Shown piece after piece: positions 11,293 to 22,868 of a stretch of DNA of 64,000 nt (positions within the stretch are counted from its first letter, which is position 1; each line of letters begins with the position of its first letter). The position numbers and the translations under genes are program-made. The stretch lies in the NCBI GenBank assembly GCA_004022145.1, contig RCNU01000009.1; one strand, given 5' to 3'. This DNA is from Paecilomyces variotii. Its lineage: Eukaryota. Under the pieces are notes generated by a model. It worked only from the letters and a program-made list of their open reading frames with translations, was not told where the DNA came from and did not search any database.

Positions 11293-12051
11293 ATGGAACT
11301 GACAATTGCCGATATTACTTTCATCCAGGTCCTCAAAGAATCTGACTCCTCTACTATTTTTCAAGTGACCGTTCAAGGGAAACTATGTGTTCTTAAGGTG
11401 GTATGTTGTTTATGATGAACCCAATTTCCTGAGCATTTCCTTAAGATAACTGCAGTACCACAGCGCAAAGAGATCTTACGCCGACCCTCCTAACCGTGAA
11501 ATCGATCCCTTCATCTGTGAGAGTACTGCATATCATCGTCTAAAAGAGTACGGATTATGTCGACAAGGAGTGGTACCAGACTTCTACGGTGTGATAAAAG
11601 GGATCGATCCAACATCGTGCCAACCCTTTTTGAAGCGGTTTTTGAAGGATGAGCTCTTCCCCAATGCCATCCTCATTGAATATATTCCGGACTTGCATGA
11701 AATAGATCTTTCAACATTTTCAGACTACCGCATAGCCACACTTCGTACAATTCTGGAGAGCATCCATGGAGTGGGAATTTATCACGGCGACCCCTACCCT
11801 CGAAACATGATGGTCCAGAAATACACAAAAAGGGTTCTCTGGATCGACTTTGATCATGCACAGACATTCTCAGAGCGTAAATGGAACTCTCAGTGGATAG
11901 AGGACGAAAAGGAAATGGTTAATGAGTTTTTTGACGCCCTAGTAAGTACTCCCCGATTGTTTTCCCGATCCAACTGACCTCTGCCTAGATAGAAGACTAT
12001 AATGATGGCAAGATATCGCGCACCTGGCCTTATTACTACACATATTTGTGA
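11293..12051 (+). CDS. Small atypical protein-kinase-like (PKL-fold) protein, 3 exons
   Basis: Exons 11293-11400, 11456-11941 and 11989-12051 splice in frame. Motifs: CVLKVY (VAIK-like Lys), FICESTAY (alphaC Glu), ILIEYI, HGDPYPRN (catalytic loop) and WIDFD (DFG-like). No Gly-rich loop. Resembles a kinase-like family I recall as expanded in Eurotiomycetes. Confidence 0.85.
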
Positions 12052-12239
12052 ATTCGCTTCAAATTATAGAATAGCTACAAAATGAGTTCTCTATGAGTGG
12101 AAATTGCATCTTAGTGACTGTATGGAGAAGCAGAAATGACGATAGTCCTGGAGATTAGTCTAGTAGTCATTATATTTGCTGTGGTGACTTTTGGCCGTTA
12201 GGGTCATTTATGACTTCTAGATGCTCGACCTCGCAGCGA

Positions 12240-13080
12240 TTATATCTAACTCTTCTCCGTCAGACTTCATATTGCAGGGCAGTTTTTTCGTCCTTCCTAT
12301 ACTCGGACTAGAGGAGACCCAACTCATTCAATAAACATTTATCATAGCCTTTTTCAGAGCAGCATCGCCCTTATAATCAGTGCCCAACATTTACTCGCCA
12401 CTGTTTGCTATCGCCTGCTGTGTTTTTCAAGTAGTATAGAAGATTGCTTACAAAGTGTTCTAAGTGTATCTTGTAGGAAATGCTTTACCCAGACGGAACG
12501 AACTAGCATACTTGATAACTGCTGTTCAATCTAGTTAGTTTCCGAAAATAGAGGACTACTAGATTTGCCACAGAATTCGCTGCTTAAAAAGTTGCAATGT
12601 CTTTTTTCCAGTAGATAAAATTCGACTAACTACCTGGTAAGCCTATTAGGGCTAATAACTTACACACACCGTGTTAGTACTTCTAGTATTGCTTAAACGT
12701 CGATTCGGGAAAATATCTTATAACTTTAAGGGCTTACTCATTATATTAAGGACTGGTAGGTTATGTGGTAAGGTATCCAAACGATTTAAATAACCTCCCT
12801 TATCCTTTCCTCGTTATCGTATAGTTAGGTGCTTTTATCATTAAGTGGGCATCGGGTATATTAACTCGGCGAGGGGGTAGCTTTTTCCCGTGAATTTATC
12901 CTAGTTTCTAGCCTCGAGCTAAGTACTAAAACTATCGATTATTCTCCTATTACACTACTATATTATTATGCGGAAATATATATATTTACTTAACTACTTA
13001 CCTACTTATTATTATTAAAAGGTAAAAAAGCTATTTAACTATAATAACCTCTCAGAACGGATACTAGTTAGTAGTTACCC
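12240..13080. pseudogene. Degenerate AT/TpA-rich relic, probably RIP-mutated
   Basis: No ORF of 60 aa or more in the track across 12.0-13.3 kb. Strong TA/TAA/TAG enrichment, most marked at 12900-13080. Confidence 0.5.
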
Positions 13081-13183
13081 ACCGGTATCCGCGAACTACG
13101 GCACATACAAAGCCAAAACCAGACCCATAATTTTTCGGTTTAGGTCATGAATCAAAAATTTTCACACCACTCCAACAACTACA

Positions 13184-13255
13184 TCCGATGTGGTGTAATG
13201 GCTAACATCGCTGTCTCTCACACAGCAGCTCGGGGTTCGATTCCCCGCATCGGAG
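13184..13255 (+). tRNA. tRNA-Glu(CTC), copy 2, identical to copy 1
   Basis: Same 72-nt sequence as 10882-10953, followed by a T-run terminator at ~13266-13276. Confidence 0.97.
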
Positions 13256-13940
13256 TCTACAAATATTTCTTTTTTTGTTTTTGATTTCTGTTTCATGGTT
13301 GGTTGTGGAGGAGGGAGGGGGGTTGGGTGTACTATTTTTTTGGGGGGGGGGGTGGGATGCAGCAGTGCGCTCTGTGTGGTGGGGTTGTACCGCTGGTATT
13401 GCTGACTACACGGACATGTAAATACTGTGATATGATGCGAAGGGGTGGTATCTTCAGAAAAGCTGGTAGTCAGGATGCAAGCGGTTGAGGATGATGGAGG
13501 AGGATAGACTGTCAGTCCAGACGTGCAGCTTGAGCACGGACGAGTAGAAATTGTAATGGAATTTATTTATATCCAGGATCACAAGCCAAGAACTCTGTGC
13601 CCAAGAGGATCTCGCGAGGATATTATATACAGTAGATATAGGTGGACGATGCCGGAAGATAAACACAGACTATCCAGAGGTTATATATCGCAGATCGCCA
13701 TTTCCGCATGCCAAGAATAGATCCAACGCCCAGCTGATGCTGTGTATGTATACGAAGGGCAGACTGATGCATCGTAAAGAACAAACGTAACGCCGAACCA
13801 TGCACAGGCAAGAAGCCAGAGGACCAGAGGAACCGCTAACGCCAAAACTGAGCAGTAATGAGAAAAGTCACAAGAGAAGCACGGTGATCAGAAGAGTCGA
13901 GTCGAGTCGAGTCGTACCAGGTAGATGGGATATGGTTTCA

Positions 13941-14977
13941 TCAGGCGTACTGATTCTGTCGATCCTCTTGTCGTTTCTCCTCGTCGAGCTGCTTCTTCCG
14001 TTCCTTTTCCTCCTGTTTCTGTCTCTCCGCAATGTGTGGCTCATCGGCGACCCAAATCTTCTGCTCAGGGCTCCAAGTGTGGCTGCGCAAAACGTTAGCT
14101 AATGGCTCTATAATGAAAATGTATAATCGATAACGTACTTCTGGAAGTGAGTCGAGGACAATGCCTTGCCGGAATATTCTGCGATCAAAATCGAGTCGTA
14201 CTTGAACGGCACTTTGGCGGGCACGCCTTCATAGGTCGTCTGACGCATCGGGTAGAGATCCTCCGTGTTGTACTTGTGGAAATTTTTGCACTGCCAAACT
14301 CCGGGCTCGACGTCGGGATGGAGCTCGCTCAGGCCGGTGATGTCGATGTATAGACCGTTGCGGATGTCGATCCAACGGGCGTCGATGATATTCAGGCCTT
14401 CCCCTCGATCACGCTGGCGTGACCACGGGTTGACATCGAGCAGATACCTCCGTTTGACCTTTCGATCTTCTGAGATGTACTGCGCTATCGTCTGGTTGAA
14501 ATGGTCTCCCATGTATAGTAGAGTTTCCTCGGAAACCTGGGTATCGACGTCCCAGTCCCACGGTAGCATCTACAAGAAAAAAAGAATGTCAGCATTGAGT
14601 TCCAGGACCTTCCGGGTCACTCAGCCTACCTTGCCGTTCCACCACCAACCCAACAGCGTTCCATGTGCAATCCATGTCTCCAGACCATTCTCCCGGAAGA
14701 ACTCCAAATATGCGCGGATCATGTGAGTGAGTGTATCTGTCCGCTCGTCGTACGAGACAACACCATGGAAGAACCGAGTATCATAGTGCCCCATAATATC
14801 ATCACCGCCAGGCTCGTGGAAATATTTGGTCTCCGCAGGCTTTGGGGGCTTTTCCTGCTCCTGCTCCTGCTGCTGTTCCTCATTCTCGGCTGCATCGGCG
14901 CGGACTGACAATGGAGACGCCAGAATCAAGATCGGGTATAAGGCGATCAGCAGCGCCAGCAAACTCAGGTACCTCAT
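13941..14977 (-). CDS. LicD-family (fukutin/Mnn4-like) phosphotransferase, secretory pathway, 3 exons
   Basis: Signal peptide/anchor, KYFHEPG..HYD.RFF, TWIAHGTLLGWWWNG, LPWDWDVDTQV (DxD) and IDARWID..NGLYIDIT. The last exon ends ...DRQNQYA* at 13941. Confidence 0.88.
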
Positions 14978-17900
14978 GTCGTCGTGTTCCTTTCTCCCAG
15001 TGTCACCGTCTCTTTCGCATTCTGTGACCTGTGTCCCAGCCCTTTACGCGATACTCCTAGTTCATTCGAAATAGAACCTAGAGAGCCGTCTCGTCCTGTC
15101 TGCAAAATGTCCTCCGGTTTGTTCTCCCAGACCTTCTTAGTCGCCGCGCAACAGTCGTCCTGATCGTTCACCAGGCGCAAAGAGCGGACCTCCTGTACAG
15201 CGCGAGCAGCGTCAGGAGACCAGTCTCTCACCTCGTATACACCAGATACCGGTGATGTCCCAAGTCCCCCAGGAATATCTTATTTCTGTAGGGACAGGCG
15301 ATCACAAATAGAAGGGAAAAAAAAGGGAAGAAAATAGCTGTAAATCGGGGATATCGGTTGATTTCGAATCGCCTCGGAGACGGGATACCCACGGACCGGC
15401 ACGGATCTCGGCCAAGTTTTTCACTTTTCTTACTCTTATTGGGAGGACAGTGGCGCACACCAGCGCACTCAACTGTAGACAGCAACTGAGATGGATGGAG
15501 AATACTCAGAGTTATCGCAAAAGGCGGGGTAGGTAGCGGCTCAGGACGGAGGACATGAAGCCTCTCCCCCTGGTTTCAAACGAGGCCCCCGGGGGGTTTT
15601 CATAACTGATCTCGTTGACATCAAGGGCGCGTGCCCCCCTTCCCGCTTGGGTTGACCTCGATCTAGCATTGTTCCATTCTCCACTGCCGGCGTCGCCACT
15701 AGCCTCCGCGATTACTTGGCGTCAAGTTGGCGACGACTCAAGGAGATGGAAATGCTGACAACGTATGCTCGACTGTAACATCTCTGCCCGGGCTAGGCCG
15801 TGAAGGGAAAGACAGGTGCAGGACCAGTAGTCATTGACTACGGTCATATTGATGCCATCCGGGTTTGCGCCAACAGATACGAGAGTTGTTCTAGTAAAAG
15901 AATCGCCGGAAGAGGATATCGCGTCCCGGGAATAAAATGAGTGATACATGGAACGTCTCTCAGGAAGAGAGGAGCGAGTCATGCATTGTAAACCGGGCGC
16001 ATAGTGATCACGATGGCAGTGTCATCATTCCAAGCGAGGGTAGGAAAACGGCCAAGACTTTTCTCGGAAAAACTTCTCTACCCACGCCCGGCTCTTTTCT
16101 ACACGAGCTGATAGACTAGTCTGCCTGTTGAATTCTTTAACTCGCTTGCTCGGGGGCCGGGGCTGACCGATCTAGCGCTAAGAGGAACACTAAGAAGAAC
16201 GCCGGGCCTTCATGCCCCCCAGAAATTATTATTGAACCCCCTGGGACGGGCCGACTTGGCATCCTCACGTGGTCGCCAATAGTATGGAGATCGCGTTGAG
16301 ATAGTCATGGGCGATCTGGGAGATGAACGCCCAGATCAACCAAGTATTCTATACAGACAGGGTTCGCGCAAGATGATACTGTGCAATACCACCTTAACAT
16401 GTCCAGTTCCACGGATAGAGAGTACCGAAATCCAGTGAATCGGCATTATTATTATTCATAGACACAATCAGATCGTCCTGCAACCGGTCGAGTCAAAGTG
16501 GAGTATTTCGACTTATGTCAGCTACCGGCGTTCTCTATGCCTCAGGCTCTCATTCTAACTTCCCCGTTCAGATTAGGTATGGCTACCGTATATTGTACTC
16601 CATAGTTGTGATCTCTTGTCATACTGCCTCTCATATGTCGGGTTTATATATCCTCTGCAGCTCGAATGATACTATTGCTGCAACAAGTTCTTATAAAAGA
16701 AGATCTGAAGAGTTTCCGGTTGCCTTTGTTTGCTCCCGTTCATTCAAGACAAGGGACGATTACGAGAAGGTAGCGGCTGTGTGACCTTATCAGATGGATC
16801 TAAAACGTGGCTGGCTGCCAGTGGCTGGTGACACCGACAAGAAGACAATCGTGGCTACCCGGGAGTATTAATTGTATTATTGTCTTCCAGCATCGACGTT
16901 TTCCACAGCAAATACCCATTCATTTGACCACCCCGAATATAGACCTCGTCACAACCTTCTGCGACAGATCTACAGTCTCTTCTTGAAATTATCAACAGGT
17001 TATCAAAGTCTGACTCACCATAGTAATATTGATGGCCCGTATGTACAGTGCTATACATGCATCCATGACTGATACTATGCAGATAAAGATCAAACACGAA
17101 GCAATTGACTGTCGGAACCACATTTGTCTCTATTTCAAAACACACGAAGTAACTAGTATTGCGCGTATGAGAGTACTACCCGTTCCAGGGTATCTCACTG
17201 CCTAATCTATCACTCATTGTATATGTCAACCTCTGAGGAGATGAACTACACGACTTTCTCTGAAAGCTTAGCTAGCTATCTAGAAATCATCAATTATTTA
17301 GGCACTCTCTGATGCGACTAAATCAACCTATAATAATACAAACCCCCCGATGTTTTTTGTGAGCTAAAAATACTCCGAAGCTGAAGCACTAGCGAGACGA
17401 TCCAAGGTCAAACTGGCCGTTTGTTGGTCGATGGGAACCGACAGGCTACAGCAAATCGGGCGTGCTATTCTAATGGAACGCTATTGGCTGGTCACTACGT
17501 TGTTGCCTATTTCGAGAACAACTTTACTCCATCTCCTCGAGAAGACTCATTATTACTCTGTATTTGTTAAGTGCGCACTGAGTATCGCGACAATACAGCG
17601 AGATTAAGCGACGAACATTTTACCTTGGTAGTCCTTCTATGGCGAGGAACTCTATGTACTGTAAGACACTATCATGGATGGTTGCTGCGAATCCGAGTTC
17701 GAGTACAGATTGTAAAGTGGTTTAGAATTGAATCGTGTCTATTTTTCAGTATTTACTATGGCAATATACGTAAAGTTTTAGGCACACTGAGGTGTCACAA
17801 AATAGCTTGCATAACACGGAATTATTATTAAGTACAAAGGGGTATTGTAAATAAGAGAACTGACATGTCACAGTACATTTAACCGCATTGGGTTGTTGCA

Positions 17901-18160
17901 GCGCGAAGTTCGCTAGTCCCCACCCGCCCCTCGTGGCTTTAATTTCCTGTAGTAAGGATCTGTATAGTTCTTACACACAGTACGAACTGATAATAAATAT
18001 TTCTGTCCACCACATGTGAGGAAATATCGTTGTGCTGTCAGGGAAGCGGGAACTCTCGCGGTACTGCTCTGACGGGTAGCTAACGGCAACTTTCTCGACG
18101 GTATACTCGTCGCTGCACTCCCTTGTTTCCCGTGTCTCTCAACTCCGATTCCAATTCTAG

Positions 18161-21100
18161 ATGGGTGAATTGTCAGCTGCCTCTGTGCAGACGCAACCAG
18201 AGACTCCCCTAGATACGACATATGTTAGACACGATGTCGAATCGAACAAGCGTGGGGAGGACTCCAGATCGAAGTCCACCAAGTCTGATGCAACGCGCAA
18301 AGACAGCGATAAACAGCAGGACCAACCCGCTTCCTTGGGTAGCTATCTGGTGAGTGCAGCATATCAACTCGTTTGCAACTCTATACTGACAATCGTTGAT
18401 AGCGGGCTCTCTCTTATGGATCGAAAATAGATGCCTTGCTATTCGCAGCAGCCACGTTATGCGCGGTGGCTTCTGGGGTCGTATGTATACTCTCATCGAT
18501 TTTCTACATCAATAGCTGACTCGTGGACAGGTCCTCCCGCTCATGAAATATCGTTTTCGGCAATATCGTTGGCAATTTCAATGAGTACTTTATACCAGGG
18601 AACAGTACTCCCCAGAGCAAGTTCAAATCCTCAATCGACAGCAATGCGTATGTGTCTTCATCTCCCTATTCAGTACTCAGGTCGGCGCCCTAAACAATCA
18701 TTCCAGTCTCAAGATCGTGTACCTGTTTATCGCGAAGTTCGCGACAACTTACGTATCTATGGTAAGACTCATTTGCTTATATTTTTGCTCGATCGACGCT
18801 GAAAAGAACACAAGTTTTGTTTTCGAATGGCCGGCCTTCGTGTCACGGCAGGCTTGCGGCTCATGTACATAGAATCTGTCTTTTCTCAACCTGTCAGCAA
18901 GCTCGACCAAACATCTACAGGAACGGTCGCGAATACGATCAGTGCCTCCTCCAACACGATACAGAGCAGTATCTCTGATAGACTATCTACCCTTTTCCAA
19001 TCACTGGCTCTACTTGTAACGGCATATGTAGTAGCCTTTCGATACTCCTGGGCACTTACGCTGGCCGCCAGCGCAACATTACTGTGGTCACTTATCGTGT
19101 ATGGTCTTACTGCCCCTACGACGATCAAGTTCCAACAGGAGACCGATAAGGCAGATGAAAATCACGCGTCGATTGCTGGCTCTGTTTTCGGTTCTATCCG
19201 TACGGTGTTGTCTCTGGGGGCGGAGGCGCAGTTATCAGAGAAATACTTCCACTGGGTTGAGGTGTCACGAAAACTCGGGATGAGACTACCATTGATCCTG
19301 GGGATACAGATCGGCCTTATATTTTTCGCAATGTATGCCAATTACGCGCTAAGTTTTTGGTTCGGTTTGGAGCTCTATCGAGAGGGGCACATCGCAAACA
19401 TCAATACTGTTATCATGTAAGTTCGACACGCATTCTCACATATGGATAATATTGACCCTAGTGCAGCGTGTTCTTTTCTGTCCTTATCGTGGGCACCATC
19501 ATGGGCGGTATTCTCATGCCAGTGATGCAAATTTCCAAAGCCATCAGTGCTTCCGGCGGCTTCTTTGAGATCATTGACTCTGATCGCGTGGAAAGGGATG
19601 GTCTTCAGGAACCGCAGGTCTCTGCACATGCAGACATTGAATTCCACAACGTTACATTCGCATACCCTGCCAGGAAGGAGGTTCAAGTACTCAAAGGCTT
19701 TAGTGCTCGTTTCGAGAAAGGAAAAAACACGGCATTGGTAGGGCCTTCAGGGTCCGGGAAGAGCACGATCGTTGGTTTGCTGGAGAGATGGTATCAGCTT
19801 GGCGAGGTGCAAGCACCCCAGCAGACGAGCGTGGATGCTCTGTCCGCTTCAGATGGCACAGAGAATACGATAAATGTCGACGAGCTCGAAGCCGGTGACC
19901 AGACTCAAGTTGACTGCGGTAGCATCACTATCGACGGTCATAACATCAACAGTCTGAGCTTGAAATGGTGGAGATCCCAGATTGGCCTGGTGCAACAAGA
20001 GCCTTTTCTCTTTAACGATACTATCCTCAACAATGTCGCGCATGGATTATTGGGTTCCAAATGGGAGAATGAGCCAGCAGAGGTCAAAGAGCAACTTGTG
20101 AAAAGCGCCTGCAGGGAGGCATATGCGGACGAGTTCATCAACCGACTTCCAGAGGTATCTCCTGTTTCTATGCATCCTGTCGAATGTCTCTGATGATTAT
20201 AGGGCTACTCAACCATTGTCGGTGTGGACGGCATCAAACTGAGCGGAGGCCAGCGTCAACGACTCGCCATCGCCCGCAGTATTGTGAAACGACCCAGCAT
20301 TCTTATATTGGACGAGGCCACGAGCTCTGTCGATGTCCATTCGGAGAGAATTGTCCAAGCGGCTCTTGATCGTGTATCCCAAGGCCTGACAACAATCACC
20401 ATTGCTCACAGACTGTCGACTATTCGCAGAGCTCATCATATAATCGTCTTGCACAATGGAACTAAAATCGAGGAAGGTACCCACGAGGATCTCTTGTCAA
20501 GACCGGATGGCATGTATCACAACCTTGTCGAAGCGCAACATATCGAGGCGGGAGGGACATCGGAGATTGATGATGTGAGCGATACTGAACCTGTTGAGGA
20601 GGCTCAAGAGTCAGAGAAGACAGTATCCAAATCTGTCCATGTTAAGGAAGAGGCTCAAAACTCGCGTACTAAGTATGCTGCCGTTGGCCGTGTAGTTTCT
20701 GAACAGCGCACCCTATGGCCTTACTATGTTCTGATCTTATGCGCAACGATGTGTTGTGGTGGTAAGTAGACCTCTGCACCTATACTTTCTCTTGCCCTGT
20801 GGAATGTCACTCATATGTGGGACAGCTGCCTATGCACTGCAAAGTTGGCTCTTCGCGCAACTGATCCAAGTATTTCAGTTTACCGGCCAGAAGCTCAAGG
20901 ATGCAGCTAACTTTTGGGCGTTGATGTTCTTTATTCTCTCGCTGGCTATGCTAGTCTCTTATTTCTTCGTGGGCTATGTTGGCATGTCTATTTCAACGGT
21001 GAGTTCTATCAATCCGTCAACCTTCACAAGCCTAACAGCGTATAGCACATAGGTTCAGTATATCGAAAGGATTACTTCCAAAGCATGCTCCGGAAGCCTG

Positions 21101-22868
21101 TTTCATTCTACGATACCGATGGCAATGCCTCTGGGAGCTTGATGTCGCGCCTTTCCACGGACACGAAGCAGGTTCAAGACGCGCTCAGTGCTAGTGGTGC
21201 ATTCCCAATGATATCCATCTTCAACTTGATCGGATGTGTCGTCATATCATTCGCCTTCGGATGGAAGCTGAGTCTTGTCTCCTTGTTCGCAGCGTTACCA
21301 GTGTTGTTTGTTGCGGCCTTCATGCGCATCCGATATGAGATCAAATTCGAACAGATGAATTCGGACGTCTTTGCTCGTAGCTCTCAGTTTGCCGTCGAAG
21401 CAATTGGTGCTTTTCGCACAGTCACTGCATTGACCATGGAGGACTATATCGTGGATAGGTATTCTGCTCTGCTCAAGCAACAGGTCAGAAGAGCTTTCCG
21501 GAAAGCAACTTACGCCACGCTTATATTTGCTCTTTCTGATAGTGTGGAACTATGTGCCATGGCTCTCACTCTCTGGTAAGATTCCTCTCAGTATCTAAAA
21601 TTCATGGTATTTGCTCACACCACCCCCTCAGGTACGGTGGACGGTTACTTGCGAGCCGAGAATATGATCCCCTCGCTTTCTTCGTCATCTATACTGCCGT
21701 TGTTCAAGGAGGACAGGCTGCTGGACAAGCCTTCAGTCTTGCTCCCATGTTCGCCCAAGCCACTTCTGCCGCCAACCGTATCTTTAATCTTCGACCAAAA
21801 CCAGACCAGCACGGTACCACTGCTGGTGAGCCTTTATCAACCTCTGGTTTAGGTATGCAGATCGAGCTCAGACACGTCTCATTCAAATATCCCACGCGAG
21901 ACACTTCCATCTTCGAGGATCTCAACATCAACATCGAAAGCGGACAGTTCGTTGCATTCGTTGGACCCTCTGGATGCGGAAAATCGACTACGATCTCCCT
22001 CCTTGAGCGCTTTTACGAACCTACCGCCGGTTCCATCTACCTTAATGGCAAGGACCTGCGATCCTTTGAAATATCATCCTACCGTCGAGCCCTCTCCCTA
22101 GTCTCGCAGGAACCGACCCTCTTCGAGGGCACCATTCGCGAAAACCTCCTTCTCGGACTTGACGATCAAACGGAAGACGAAAAGCTTGAAGAACGAATCA
22201 TCCAGGCTTGTAAGTCCGCCGAAATTCACGACTTCATCGTCTCTCTTCCAGACGGCTACTCGACGCATCTAGGCATCCAGGCGCAAACCGCCCTCAGTGG
22301 CGGCCAGCGACAGCGTCTCTGCATCGCTCGTGCGCTGCTTCGTAACCCTTCGCTTCTTCTTCTCGATGAAGCGACGTCCAGTCTAGACTCACATTCTGAG
22401 AAACTCGTGCGGACCGCGATGGACCGTCTCGCGGCCCAGCGTCGCATGACCATCGTGGCCGTAGCACATCGGCTCGCTACGATCCAGAAGGCGGATGTGA
22501 TCTTCGTCTTTAGCGCTAGCGAAGACGGGGGCGGATCCAGAATCGTGGAGAGAGGAAGTCATGGGGACCTGTTGAGGCGAAAAGGGGTATATTGGCAGAT
22601 GGTAAGTTAGTCCCAGTCCCGGCATAAAAAAAATTTCGCGATCGAAAAAAAGAAATGTCAAGTGACCAGACTGGGGCTCGATCCCAGGACCTTATCGGTG
22701 TTAACGATACGTCATAACCAACTAGACTATCCGGCCATCTTGTTGGAAGACTGCTGGCTGGTGTGATTTATATACGGAACAAATATCCATTCTGCCTACA
22801 ACAGCACTACAGATGGCCGGTCAATTAACCTACTGCTTCATTTGCTTGTGCAGGAACAGTGGCAGTAG
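18161..22868 (+). CDS. Full-length ABCB/MDR-type multidrug transporter (TMD-NBD-TMD-NBD); frameshifted in exon 3, so possibly a pseudogene; 3' end at 22610 or 22868
   Basis: Two Walker A motifs (GPSGSGKST, GPSGCGKST), two LSGGQRQR signatures, two LDEATS motifs and two AHRL H-loops, with many GT-AG introns. An extra A at 18546-18548 breaks the expected PLMNIVFG reading. Confidence 0.88.
22663..22736 (-). tRNA. tRNA-Val(AAC)
   Basis: Reverse complement reads GGCCGGATAGTCTAGTTGGTTATGACG-TATCG-TT-AAC-AC-CGATA-AGGTCCTGGGATCGAGCCCCAGTCTGGTCA (74 nt). T7 terminator on the minus strand at ~22645-22651. Confidence 0.95.

Noticed and set aside
13060-13105. GTTAGTAGTT resembling the 5S rRNA internal control region
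   Set aside because: The flanking sequence does not match 5S rRNA and lies in a TpA-rich relic.
22731-22820. 10-bp inverted repeat CCGGCCATCT/AGATGGCCGG beside tRNA-Val, suggesting a MITE
   Set aside because: One arm overlaps the tRNA acceptor stem, there is no TSD, and it is too short to exclude chance.
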